Source: Verrucomicrobiota bacterium
Lineage (GTDB): Bacteria > Verrucomicrobiota > Verrucomicrobiia > Verrucomicrobiales > DEV007
Assembly (NCBI GenBank): GCA_045046875.1
Contig: JASFYY010000089.1
Location: forward strand, 1-64,000
DNA length: 64,000 bases
Direction of reading: 5' to 3'
Below the pieces are notes generated by a model, which was given only the letters and a program-made list of their open reading frames with translations, searched no databases and was not told the origin of the DNA. Below are positions 47,767 to 56,912 of the stretch, piece after piece. How positions within the stretch are numbered: position 1 is the first letter of the stretch; each line of letters begins with the position of its first letter. A program made the position numbers and the translations under genes.

Positions 47767-50469
47767 ATGAAAAGCGCGTTGAAATACAGCAAAGGTAATA
47801 ATCGAATCGGACGAAGTGTGAAGCTTGCCGCCTTATCAGGTGTCATGGCTTCCGTATTTGTGACGGGTTCACAGGTTCATGCAGAAGCTGGCGGCGGTGC
47901 TGCCGGTGGAGGCGTTGGTGGTGCGCCAGGAGTGGCGAGTCGTTATGTGATCCGCTTGCAGGAACGAGTCAGGAAAGCAGATGAAGCAGCGCTTCGCGGG
48001 TCCCAATTGCTGGCTGACGGTGATTTTGAAGGTGCTATCCGTGAATTCAAGGCGGCTTTGGATCTTTTGCCTGATGCGCCGATGACGAAGGACAGGCATG
48101 ACGCCTACACCCGTTCTTTTGCGAATGCGAGCGTGAAACTGGCTCGCCAGCGTGCTGAAGAAGGGCGTTACGCGGATTCGATTCAGTTGATTGAGAACGT
48201 GTTGGCTCCCACGGTGGATCCTGATAACATTGAAGCGAAAAAACTGCTCGAGCAGTTGAATGATCCTGAATATTATTCACCAGCAATGACTCCAGAGTAT
48301 CTGGCGAAAGTGCGGCGAGTGGAATTGGCGTTGAAAACCGCTCAGGGAGCGATGGATCTGGGAGACTATGATCGTGCGGAAACTGAGTATTTTGGTGCTT
48401 TGAACGATGATAAATACAATGAAGCGGCACGCCGTGGATTGGAAGAAAATGCTCGTTTGAAGACTGATTATGCCAAATCTGCACGTAACCATGCCCGCGC
48501 TGAATTCCTCCAGCAGGTCGCTGCAGGTTGGGAGTTGCCGGTACCTACTAGAATTCGTGGAAATATGGAAATCGGGCCGGTTGCCGTTGATAGCGGTGCG
48601 GATCAAGTGGCTTATATCGAAGATAAGCTGAAGAATATCATTATTCCTAGTGTGGAATTTCAGGACACTCCGTTGAAGGATGCATTGACTTTCCTGCAAG
48701 AGAGAAGTGTGGAGCTTGATTTAAGAGAGAATGACCCTACCAGAAAGGGAATCAACTTTATTCTTCAAGTTGATGGTGGTGGTGCAGCAGCTCCTGCAGC
48801 TCCTGCAGCTGATGGCGGCGGCGGCGGATTTGATGATGCTGCCGGCGGTGGTGGATTCGGTGGTGGTGGCGGCGGTGGAGCAGCAGATGCTCCGGTCACA
48901 CTGAAGCTTTCTAATGTGCCCTTGGTTACCGCTCTCAAATACACAGTTTCGATGGCGAATTTGAAGTATAAAGTTGAACCTCATGCTGTGCTGATCATTC
49001 CTTTGTCCACACCGGACACGGATTTGTTTACCAATGTATATGTGGTGCCTCCTACTTTCTTGTCAGCCGGTGGTGGTGGTGGTGATGACGGTGGTGGCGC
49101 GGCAGCTGATCCTTTTGCGGATGATGCTGGCGGCGGTGGTGGATCCGGTCCCAAGAAAAGGCGCACAGCCAAGGATATTCTGTTGGAAGCCGGGGTAACT
49201 TTTGCCCAGGGAACCAGTGCGATATACAACCCAGGGACTTCACAATTGATCGTTCGTAATACCCAGGATCAGATTGAATTGATAGAAGCTTACATCGAGT
49301 CAATTAAAGGCAAGGCCGAGAAGCAGATCTACATCACTTCCAAATTCATCGAAATTGCTCAGAATAATACCGATGAGTTGGGCTTTGACTGGTTGATGGG
49401 AGGATTCAACTTGGGTGGAAACCAAGTGTTTGGCTCTGGTGGAACTGATGGTAACGGGGTTCCTACCAATCAAGGGGATTACCCATTTAATGCTCCCGGT
49501 AGTTCTGTGCCTGTGGGTTCAAACCCAATCACCGCAGGTAATCGTAGTGGTGATCTAGCTCTGGCGACTGACAGCATCAGTGGGTTGATTGCCAACTCGA
49601 ATGATATCATCACTTCCAGCACGGAATTGGCAAAAGCCCCAGGGGTTTTTGGCATTGCGGGTGTTTTTACCGACCCTCAGTTTCAAATGGTGATTCGCGC
49701 ATTGTCGCAGAAAAAGGGAGTAGATTTGATGTCCGCTCCAAGCATAATGGCGCGTAGTGGTCAGCGTGCTAAAATCGAAGTGATCAGAGAGTTTATCTAT
49801 CCAACCGAGTATGATCCGCCGGAAATTCCCAATCAGATTGGCTCGACTGGTGGTATCGGTGGTGTCGGTGGTGGAGGCGGTAATATCCCTGTAACCCCAG
49901 CTAACCCGACTGCTTTTGAAACTCGTAATACGGGGGTGACTCTGGAGGTTGATCCAGTTCTGGGTGCGGATGAGTTCACTATTGATTTGAGCCTTTCCCC
50001 TGAAGTGGTCGAGTTTGATGGTTTCATCAACTATGGAACGCCCATTTTCTCAGGCGCCACCAATCCACTCACAGGGAGACAGACTTTATTGACCACTAAC
50101 CGCATCTTGATGCCTGTGTTTGCAACCCGTAAGGTGACCACACAGGTGACGATCTGGGATGGACAAACCGTGGCCATTGGTGGTCTGATGCGTGAGGACG
50201 TGCAGGATGTGGAGGACAAGGTTCCATTGATGGGTGATCTGCCCTTGGTAGGACGTTTGTTCCGCTCCAGTTCAGAACAGCACTTGAAGCGCAACCTTAC
50301 GATATTCGTGAAAGCGGTGATCATGGACCCTGCTGGTGCCAGATACCACATCCCGGTATCGGACAAAGATGACAGCGCTCCATTGGATATGCAGGTTCCT
50401 GGATTGGCACCTAGACCTCCGGTTGAAGTGATTGGGCCGGTAGGCTTGGGAGGTGGTTTCACCAAATAA
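47767..50469 (+). CDS. Outer-membrane secretin (PilQ/GspD superfamily, Amuc_1098-like) with TPR-like N-terminus
   Basis: Signal peptide; helical repeats; SQLIVRNT (N3); ELGFDW; LMSAPSI; TGVTLEVDP; TTQVTIWDGQTVAIGGL; DKVPLMGDLPLVGRLFRS. Confidence 0.92.
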   Translation: MKSALKYSKGNNRIGRSVKLAALSGVMASVFVTGSQVHAEAGGGAAGGGVGGAPGVASRYVIRLQERVRKADEAALRGSQLLADGDFEGAIREFKAALDLLPDAPMTKDRHDAYTRSFANASVKLARQRAEEGRYADSIQLIENVLAPTVDPDNIEAKKLLEQLNDPEYYSPAMTPEYLAKVRRVELALKTAQGAMDLGDYDRAETEYFGALNDDKYNEAARRGLEENARLKTDYAKSARNHARAEFLQQVAAGWELPVPTRIRGNMEIGPVAVDSGADQVAYIEDKLKNIIIPSVEFQDTPLKDALTFLQERSVELDLRENDPTRKGINFILQVDGGGAAAPAAPAADGGGGGFDDAAGGGGFGGGGGGGAADAPVTLKLSNVPLVTALKYTVSMANLKYKVEPHAVLIIPLSTPDTDLFTNVYVVPPTFLSAGGGGGDDGGGAAADPFADDAGGGGGSGPKKRRTAKDILLEAGVTFAQGTSAIYNPGTSQLIVRNTQDQIELIEAYIESIKGKAEKQIYITSKFIEIAQNNTDELGFDWLMGGFNLGGNQVFGSGGTDGNGVPTNQGDYPFNAPGSSVPVGSNPITAGNRSGDLALATDSISGLIANSNDIITSSTELAKAPGVFGIAGVFTDPQFQMVIRALSQKKGVDLMSAPSIMARSGQRAKIEVIREFIYPTEYDPPEIPNQIGSTGGIGGVGGGGGNIPVTPANPTAFETRNTGVTLEVDPVLGADEFTIDLSLSPEVVEFDGFINYGTPIFSGATNPLTGRQTLLTTNRILMPVFATRKVTTQVTIWDGQTVAIGGLMREDVQDVEDKVPLMGDLPLVGRLFRSSSEQHLKRNLTIFVKAVIMDPAGARYHIPVSDKDDSAPLDMQVPGLAPRPPVEVIGPVGLGGGFTK

Positions 50470-50522
50470 GCCAGCCATGAGTTCGTTGCGGTGAACTGAC
50501 CGGTATTATTTTAGAGTTAACC

Positions 50523-50553
50523 AAAGAGGGGCTGAGCGATCAGCCTCTTTTTT
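50523..50553 (+). terminator. Intrinsic terminator after the secretin operon
   Basis: AAAGAGGGGCTGA-gcga-TCAGCCTCTTT stem with a GNRA loop and a T-tract. Confidence 0.75.
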
Positions 50554-50611
50554 ATTGTTTAGATGAGCATGCGTCTTGGATAAAGTTGTGCATGTTACAT
50601 TGAGGTTTGAT

Positions 50612-51238
50612 ATGTTTGTTTTAGCCGTCACGGGAGGAGTAGCTAGCGGGAAATCGCTTTTTTCCGATCTATTTGTTGATCTGGCGAGTGTGGGTTCAGC
50701 TTCGGCTATAGAGCGTTTTGATTGTGATCGTTGTGTGCATTCCTTGTTGAAAGATCCGGAGATTTTACTCGACCTGAAAGAGATTTTCGGACAAGGGGTT
50801 TTTGGTTCAGATGGCAACCTGGACCGGGCAGCCATGCGTGAGCGAGTGTTTGCTTGCGATGACGATAGGAGGCGCTTGGAGGGGCTTTTGCACCCCCGGG
50901 TATTGTCGGCTGCTGAGCAGATGAAGCGAGAGGTTGCGGCCAGGGATGAGCCTCCGGGGTATTTATTGTTTGAGGTTCCTTTGTTATATGAGGTTGATTT
51001 TTCTCTACAACGTGACACCGATGTGGTAGTCGCGACTTCTTTGGAGTCGCAACGGCAGCGCTTGAGAGATCGCAGGGCTTTGGCTGATGACGTGATAGAG
51101 CTGATATTAAAGGCCCAGTTATCGATGGAGGAAAAAATATCTCGAGCGCAGCAAGTGATTTGGAATGACGCCGGTGTTGAAGAATTGACCGAACAGGCGT
51201 ATTTGTTAAAAGCATGGATTGATAAAAAAGGTAGGTGA
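50612..51238 (+). CDS. coaE: Dephospho-CoA kinase
   Basis: AVTGGVASGKS, DCD, LDRAAMRERVF, LEGLLHP, EVPLLYE and Q.RRLR.R. Confidence 0.95.
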   Translation: MFVLAVTGGVASGKSLFSDLFVDLASVGSASAIERFDCDRCVHSLLKDPEILLDLKEIFGQGVFGSDGNLDRAAMRERVFACDDDRRRLEGLLHPRVLSAAEQMKREVAARDEPPGYLLFEVPLLYEVDFSLQRDTDVVVATSLESQRQRLRDRRALADDVIELILKAQLSMEEKISRAQQVIWNDAGVEELTEQAYLLKAWIDKKGR

Positions 51239-52561
51239 ATGACTAGTGACACTGATACGGCTGATGAGGCCGATAAACCGGAAAAACCGCAGGTGGAGGT
51301 ACCTGATTTGGTCGATTTGAACGTTTTTTTGAAACACTCGCTGGCCGAGTTGCAGGCGGAGGCACAGAAGCTTGCTTTGCGGGTGGCGGGAGTGCGTTCG
51401 AAGCACCAGTTGGTTTTTGAAATACTCACTTTTTTCGGACGCAATGGCACGCGCATCGAAGCGGAAGGGGTGTTGGATTATAATGGGGAAAACTACGGTT
51501 TCCTGAGATGGCAGGAATTGAGTTTCATGCCCAATGTGGATGATGTGTATGTCTCGCCTTCGTTTATCAGGCAATACGAACTTAAGCCGGGTAATTTGAT
51601 CAAAGGGGTGGTGCGGGCTCCGCGTGATCGGGAGAAATTTCTATCTTTGGAATCTGTATTGACCATCGAGGGAGTTGAAGAGGATAAATGGGAAACCCCG
51701 GTTCCTTTTGACAAACTGACGGCTTTGTTTCCTTCGGAGCGGTTGATTCTGGAGCACAAGGATACGGAATCTCCATCGTCGCGGGTGGTGGATTTGGTTG
51801 CTCCTTTGGGTAAAGGTCAGCGCGGACTGATCGTGGCTCCTCCGCGGGCGGGTAAAACTATTTTGCTGAAAGACATTGCGGTATCGATTCAGAAAAATCA
51901 TCCGGAGGTTGAATTAATCATTTTGTTGTTGGACGAGCGTCCCGAGGAGGTGACGGATTTCAAGGAAACGGTTGATGCGCGGGTTTATGCATCCACTTTT
52001 GACGAGCCACCTAAGCGCCATGTTCAGGTTTCGGAAATGGTTGCCCAGCGCGCCAAGCGGTTGGTGGAGATGGGTAAGGATGTGGTGATCTTGTTGGATA
52101 GTCTGACCCGACTGTCACGCGGGCACAATGCGAATATGCCAGGCAAAGGCCGCACGGGTAGTGGCGGACTGAATACACAAGCTCTGGAAAAACCAAGAAA
52201 GTTTTTTGGTGCCGCACGGAATGTGGAAGAAGGCGGCAGTTTGACTATTCTGGCGACTTGTCTGGTTGAAACGGATAGCCGGATGGATGATGTGATTTTT
52301 GAAGAATTTAAAGGCACGGGCAATATGGAGATCTATCTGGATCGTGAGTTGGCCGAAAAAAGAGTTTTTCCTGCGATTCATTCTTTGCAATCGGGAACTC
52401 GTAAGGATGAACTTCTTTACCACCCTGAAGAGTATAAACGGGTGAATGGGGTGAGACGTCAATTGGCACAAATGCCAGCCGGTGAGGCGATGGAAACTCT
52501 GATCAAAAATATCAAGCTTACCGGTTCTAATGCCGAGCTGTTATTGCGGGGACTGCGATGA
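51239..52561 (+). CDS. rho: Transcription termination factor Rho
   Basis: [54 protein letters not shown] and [11 protein letters not shown]. Confidence 0.97.
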   Translation: MTSDTDTADEADKPEKPQVEVPDLVDLNVFLKHSLAELQAEAQKLALRVAGVRSKHQLVFEILTFFGRNGTRIEAEGVLDYNGENYGFLRWQELSFMPNVDDVYVSPSFIRQYELKPGNLIKGVVRAPRDREKFLSLESVLTIEGVEEDKWETPVPFDKLTALFPSERLILEHKDTESPSSRVVDLVAPLGKGQRGLIVAPPRAGKTILLKDIAVSIQKNHPEVELIILLLDERPEEVTDFKETVDARVYASTFDEPPKRHVQVSEMVAQRAKRLVEMGKDVVILLDSLTRLSRGHNANMPGKGRTGSGGLNTQALEKPRKFFGAARNVEEGGSLTILATCLVETDSRMDDVIFEEFKGTGNMEIYLDRELAEKRVFPAIHSLQSGTRKDELLYHPEEYKRVNGVRRQLAQMPAGEAMETLIKNIKLTGSNAELLLRGLR

Positions 52562-52584
52562 GGAAAATGTAAAATGAAGTGGTG

Positions 52585-53757
52585 ATGGCAGATGTAGCAA
52601 AAACAGGCAATGAATTGTTGAGATGGTTACAGGTGGCTCCGGTGGAGTTGGTGACCGATTTGCCGGAAAGCTACATTGACCAAGGGCAACAGGTTCTGGA
52701 CTTGGTGGGTCGACTTCGTGACAGGGGGGAGACTTGGTGTACGGTGGATACCGAAGCTGACAGCATGCACTCTTATGAGACCAAGTTGTGCTTGATCCAA
52801 TTTGCGACTCCACATGAAATGGTGCTGATCGACCCGTTGGCGATGAGTCGGCAGGATTTGATGCCTTTGATGCATTATTTGGATGAAGCCGAAGGGGTGT
52901 GGATGCATGGAGCGGATTACGATATGGCCCTGTTCCTGCAGACCTTTGGTTTTGTGCCTAAGAATATTTGGGACACACAAACGGCGGCGAGATTAACCGG
53001 AGCTGATAAATTTGGTCTGGGCAGCTTGATTGAATCGGAGTTCGGGGTGGTATTATCCAAACAATCGCAGAAGGCGGATTGGGGAAGGCGCCCCTTGAGT
53101 GATAAGATGGTGACCTACGCTTATAACGATGTGCGTTATTTGTTAACCATGGGGGCGAAGCTGATTGAAAGGTTAAAAGAGGTGGATCGACTGCATTGGT
53201 TTGAGGAGAGTTGTCGTGCGGCGAGGCGGGATGTGTTGCAAAGGGAAGAGCGCCCGAAAGATGATGCGTGGAGGATTAATGGCTGGGGAAAACTTTCCCA
53301 TAAAGAGTTGATGTATCTGCATGCGTTGTGGCAGTGGCGCGATGATGAGTGTCGACGGCTGGACCGCCCGGCTTTTAAGTTTCTTGGCAATGCCCAGTTG
53401 ATGCAGATGGTGAACCAGCTGGGCAGCGGGCAGGCAGTTGAGCCTCCGCATTACATTCGTTCTGGAGCCGCCCGGCGTTTGACTGATGCGGTGGCGGCGG
53501 CAGGTGAAGTGGCTGAGGCAGACTGGCCTGAAAAACGCCCCGAGCGTTCGGGCAAGCGTCTCAAGGTGAATGAATCGGCTTTTCAATCGTTGCGATCACG
53601 AAGAAACGATATTGCGGTTCAATTGGGTATCGATGCCACTTTGATGGGGTCGCGCTCGGTGTTAGAGCGGCTCACCGCTGACGATAGGGATGATAAACCG
53701 TCGGATTTGCTGCTCAAATGGCAGAAGGATCTGCTGTATGCTGACGGGGCGGACTGA
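52585..53757 (+). CDS. rnd: Ribonuclease D-like 3'-5' exonuclease with HRDC domains
   Basis: VDTEADSMHSY, LCLIQ, HGADYD, DTQTAA, QKADWGRRPL, YAYNDV and WRDDECRRLDRP. Confidence 0.9.
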   Translation: MADVAKTGNELLRWLQVAPVELVTDLPESYIDQGQQVLDLVGRLRDRGETWCTVDTEADSMHSYETKLCLIQFATPHEMVLIDPLAMSRQDLMPLMHYLDEAEGVWMHGADYDMALFLQTFGFVPKNIWDTQTAARLTGADKFGLGSLIESEFGVVLSKQSQKADWGRRPLSDKMVTYAYNDVRYLLTMGAKLIERLKEVDRLHWFEESCRAARRDVLQREERPKDDAWRINGWGKLSHKELMYLHALWQWRDDECRRLDRPAFKFLGNAQLMQMVNQLGSGQAVEPPHYIRSGAARRLTDAVAAAGEVAEADWPEKRPERSGKRLKVNESAFQSLRSRRNDIAVQLGIDATLMGSRSVLERLTADDRDDKPSDLLLKWQKDLLYADGAD

Positions 53758-53807
53758 AGCCGGGAATAGCTCAGCAAAAAATAGTCTGGGGGTAATGTCG
53801 AAGAGCT

Positions 53808-55187
53808 TTAACTGAGGGCTTTTTCGCGCTCAATTTTCAAGCCCATTTTACGGTAGAGGGTAGCGATGCTGATGCCGAGCATGCCTGCGGTTTTTTCGCG
53901 CGAACCTCCATTGAACTTGAGGGTTTCGCGGATAAAGGTGCGTTCCTGTTTGCGGATGTAGTCGGAAAGGGATTCTCCAAGTGGGATGCTTTGTGAAACG
54001 GGTTGCTCGTCGCTGCTCAGTTCGAGTTTCTGGGTGATCTTCGGTGGCAGGTCAATGGGGCGGATGTGGTTTTTCTCGCACAGGCAGCAGGCGCGTTCAA
54101 TAGCGTTTTGAAGTTCGCCGACGTTTCCGGGCCAGCGATAGTGTTCTAAAAGTTTTCTCGCGTAGGTGTCGATTTCGCAGGCTTTTTGGCGGGTGGTTTT
54201 GGCGTGGCGATCGAGGAAGTGTTGGATCAGCAGGGGGATGTCTTCTTTGCGCTCTCTCAAGGAAGGAATGGGCACAGGAATGATGGATATTCTGTAATAG
54301 AGGTCTTCGCGAAATGAACCTTGTTGGATACACTCTTCCAACGAAATGGTGGCGGTGGTGATCAAGCGGGCATTTGATTCGGCAGAAGAGGGGAATTGCA
54401 ATCGCTGTTCGGCCTTTTCCTCCAGATAACGTTCCAGTTGGGATTGTAGTCGTAGTGGCAGCAGATTGATTTCCTCCAATACGACGGTGCCACCTGCGGC
54501 ACGGTTGAAAATAGAGGATGATTCGCCCGAAGGATGGCCGAATAACTCGACTTCCAGCAGGTTCTCCGGCAAGGCGCTGCATTGCAGGGTTTTGAAAGGG
54601 GCTGGATTTCGCTTGCTGGTATTGTGGATGTGACGGGCGACCATTTGCTTGCCGGATCCAAACTCACCTTCAAGCAGCACCGGGCTGTCGTTGTCTGCTA
54701 TTTTTTCGACCAGAGTAAGGATTTCGGTGATTTTTGGACTGGCTCCTATTAATTGGGAGTGAGAGAGTTGGAATTCCAGTTCACTTGAGTCGGTCACCGT
54801 TGGCAAAGAAGGAGCTTCGCCAGGGGCTTTTTCTTTCAGCGCCAAATTGATAGTGCGTTGAAGGTCTGCCAGTTCAAAGGGTTTGGTCAGATAATCAAAG
54901 GCGCCGAGTTTCATTGCCTGCACTGCGGAGTCCACACTGCCGTGCCCGGTGACCATGATCACCCGGGTATGGGGGTGGCGTTGCTGGCTGTGTTCAATAA
55001 TGTCCAAGCCGAGCATGTCGCCGATTTTGAGGTCGACGATCATAAGATCGGGAGAAACGCTGTCGAGTTTTTCCAGGCCCTCTTTGCCGGTGAGGCAGGT
55101 ATAGGTGGTGTGACCTTGGCGTTTGCATACCTTGCTCATCAGCTGAAGGATGCCGGTTTCGTCGTCGATAATTAGGATGTTGGCCAT
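53808..55187 (-). CDS. NtrC/AtoC-like response regulator (REC + AAA+ + Fis HTH), atypical
   Basis: ILIIDDE, AMKLGAFDYLTKPF, GEFGSGK, FREDLYYR, WPGNVGEL and LGISIATLYRK. The GAFTGA loop is absent. Confidence 0.92.
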   Translation of the reverse strand: MANILIIDDETGILQLMSKVCKRQGHTTYTCLTGKEGLEKLDSVSPDLMIVDLKIGDMLGLDIIEHSQQRHPHTRVIMVTGHGSVDSAVQAMKLGAFDYLTKPFELADLQRTINLALKEKAPGEAPSLPTVTDSSELEFQLSHSQLIGASPKITEILTLVEKIADNDSPVLLEGEFGSGKQMVARHIHNTSKRNPAPFKTLQCSALPENLLEVELFGHPSGESSSIFNRAAGGTVVLEEINLLPLRLQSQLERYLEEKAEQRLQFPSSAESNARLITTATISLEECIQQGSFREDLYYRISIIPVPIPSLRERKEDIPLLIQHFLDRHAKTTRQKACEIDTYARKLLEHYRWPGNVGELQNAIERACCLCEKNHIRPIDLPPKITQKLELSSDEQPVSQSIPLGESLSDYIRKQERTFIRETLKFNGGSREKTAGMLGISIATLYRKMGLKIEREKALS

Positions 55188-55305
55188 AACAATATAGGGT
55201 AGCAGCGCAGTGACAGCTAAAGATTCTCAGATATTACAGATTTCTTAAGTAATTGAAAGATAAATCTCATAAATGCGAACAGATGGAAACGAGGGAGGAA
55301 GCTCC

Positions 55306-56757
55306 TTAGGACGATTTTTTGAGTTTGTGTTCTTCGCTGAGCATCATTTCATCGAGATTTTGTCCGTATTTGATTTTTTGAAATAGCAAGACGCCGATCA
55401 CGACCAGGGCAAAGTAGATCCACCAGGTGCTCACGGCTTGGGCGAAGACGTTCCTCTCAAGAGCTTCCGGGTCATGGTCGAAAAGGGAGCTGTCAGTTTG
55501 GCTGTGGAGGTATTTGCTTTGCAGTCCGTATAAAAAAACCAGGGCTCCGTATGCGAGGTTCATGTTCATGCTTTTGAAGCTGAGCACGGTCGCTCGGTTT
55601 TCGGAAGCAGTGATTTGGTTCAAATAATTTGAGAGGAAAAAATGCAGCAAGCGCATGGCCAGCCACAGGGGCACCAGGAAAATCACACTGATGTAGGGAA
55701 TGGGAAAAGCCAGGCTGAGCAGGCCTAGGAAAATAAGCATAGTCACAATATGAAAATTGGTAGAGGGGCGGTAGCGCTGGATCAAGCGCCCGGCGATCCA
55801 GGCGGCGGCGATGCCGGTGAGCGATCCAGCCATGCTGATGGGGCCGAAGTGGCGAGGTTCATATTCCAACAAGTGAAGATAAAAACTGCCTACGGTGTAA
55901 TAGAGTCGGATGATGCTATCGAAAAACAGACCAATGAGAATGAGCATGAAAGTGGCCGGGTGGCGCAGGATCTGCATACCGGTTGAATAGGTTTTCTGAA
56001 TGCTGTTGTTGATGGCCTGTGACAGCGGCAGTTTTTTAGCGCCGGGTTGATGGTTTTCTTTCATTCGCAGGCTGATGCCAAGAGTGATCATGGCCATCAG
56101 CAGGTTGAGAAAAATCGGAAATTTCAAGGTTTGGGCTTGTGAAAACCGGGTGGAGGAAGCAAAAAAAGAAACCAGCCAATTGATGAATTTGGGATCGTAA
56201 ACGGCGGCGCCGATCAATGAAACCAGAATGAAGGAGAAGGCTTGCCAGCGCATCAATTGCAGGGTGATTTGCGACCATTTCCATTCGCGGTTTTCTGCTG
56301 CAAGGGAATCGTAGGCCAGTGCTTCATCGGCGCCGCTGGCAGCCGCTTCGGCGGCTCCGCTGATGATGCGGTTGAATAAGAAGATGATGAAAAGAAACGA
56401 TACCGCTTTTTTGTGCGCAGTGGGATCATTGACCAGGCTGGTTAGATCGACAACCGGGGAGAGGCAAAGGATCAGCATTTCTGCAAGCATCAACACTGAG
56501 GCGGCGATGAGCAGTGTGCGCCGTCCAAATTGATCGGCAAGAGCACCGGAGGGAACTTCAAGCACGACGATGCTAATCGCCCAGGCTAGATTGAGGTAGG
56601 CAAATTGCTCAATACTCAATCCGAAATCGACGAACAGAATAGCAAAAACAGGGTAGTAAAACCGGCAGCTGAAAAAGATACGGAAGAGAATGAAAAGCCG
56701 GGCATTGTGGTTTTCGGGGGGGGAGGGGTGTTCGGATTCTGTGGGGGGGCTGGCCAT
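55306..56757 (-). CDS. MFS transporter
   Basis: LEVPSGALADQFGRR (MFS motif A), SGADEALAYDSL and RATVLS; about 12 TM helices. Confidence 0.9.
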   Translation of the reverse strand: MASPPTESEHPSPPENHNARLFILFRIFFSCRFYYPVFAILFVDFGLSIEQFAYLNLAWAISIVVLEVPSGALADQFGRRTLLIAASVLMLAEMLILCLSPVVDLTSLVNDPTAHKKAVSFLFIIFLFNRIISGAAEAAASGADEALAYDSLAAENREWKWSQITLQLMRWQAFSFILVSLIGAAVYDPKFINWLVSFFASSTRFSQAQTLKFPIFLNLLMAMITLGISLRMKENHQPGAKKLPLSQAINNSIQKTYSTGMQILRHPATFMLILIGLFFDSIIRLYYTVGSFYLHLLEYEPRHFGPISMAGSLTGIAAAWIAGRLIQRYRPSTNFHIVTMLIFLGLLSLAFPIPYISVIFLVPLWLAMRLLHFFLSNYLNQITASENRATVLSFKSMNMNLAYGALVFLYGLQSKYLHSQTDSSLFDHDPEALERNVFAQAVSTWWIYFALVVIGVLLFQKIKYGQNLDEMMLSEEHKLKKSS

Positions 56758-56912
56758 TAACGATAATAGTTGTATGGCCGAAGGAATGGCGATGCGCAAA
56801 GGTTAATCGAGAAAGTTTTGTTTTATGAGTGGGGTGAGCATTGCGGGGGCGAAGGAGGAGCGGTGAAGAATAACGGGTCGATTATTGAGTTTTTCGTGTT
56901 AGTCTGGCCATC

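Noticed and set aside
48772..49146. GGT/GGC repeats as a CRISPR array or non-coding repeat
   Set aside because: They are in-frame Gly codons inside the secretin, with no repeat-spacer periodicity. No CRISPR array or cas gene was seen in the window.
50506..51456. 316-aa antisense ORF
   Set aside because: Lies opposite coaE and rho; Ser-rich shadow translation.
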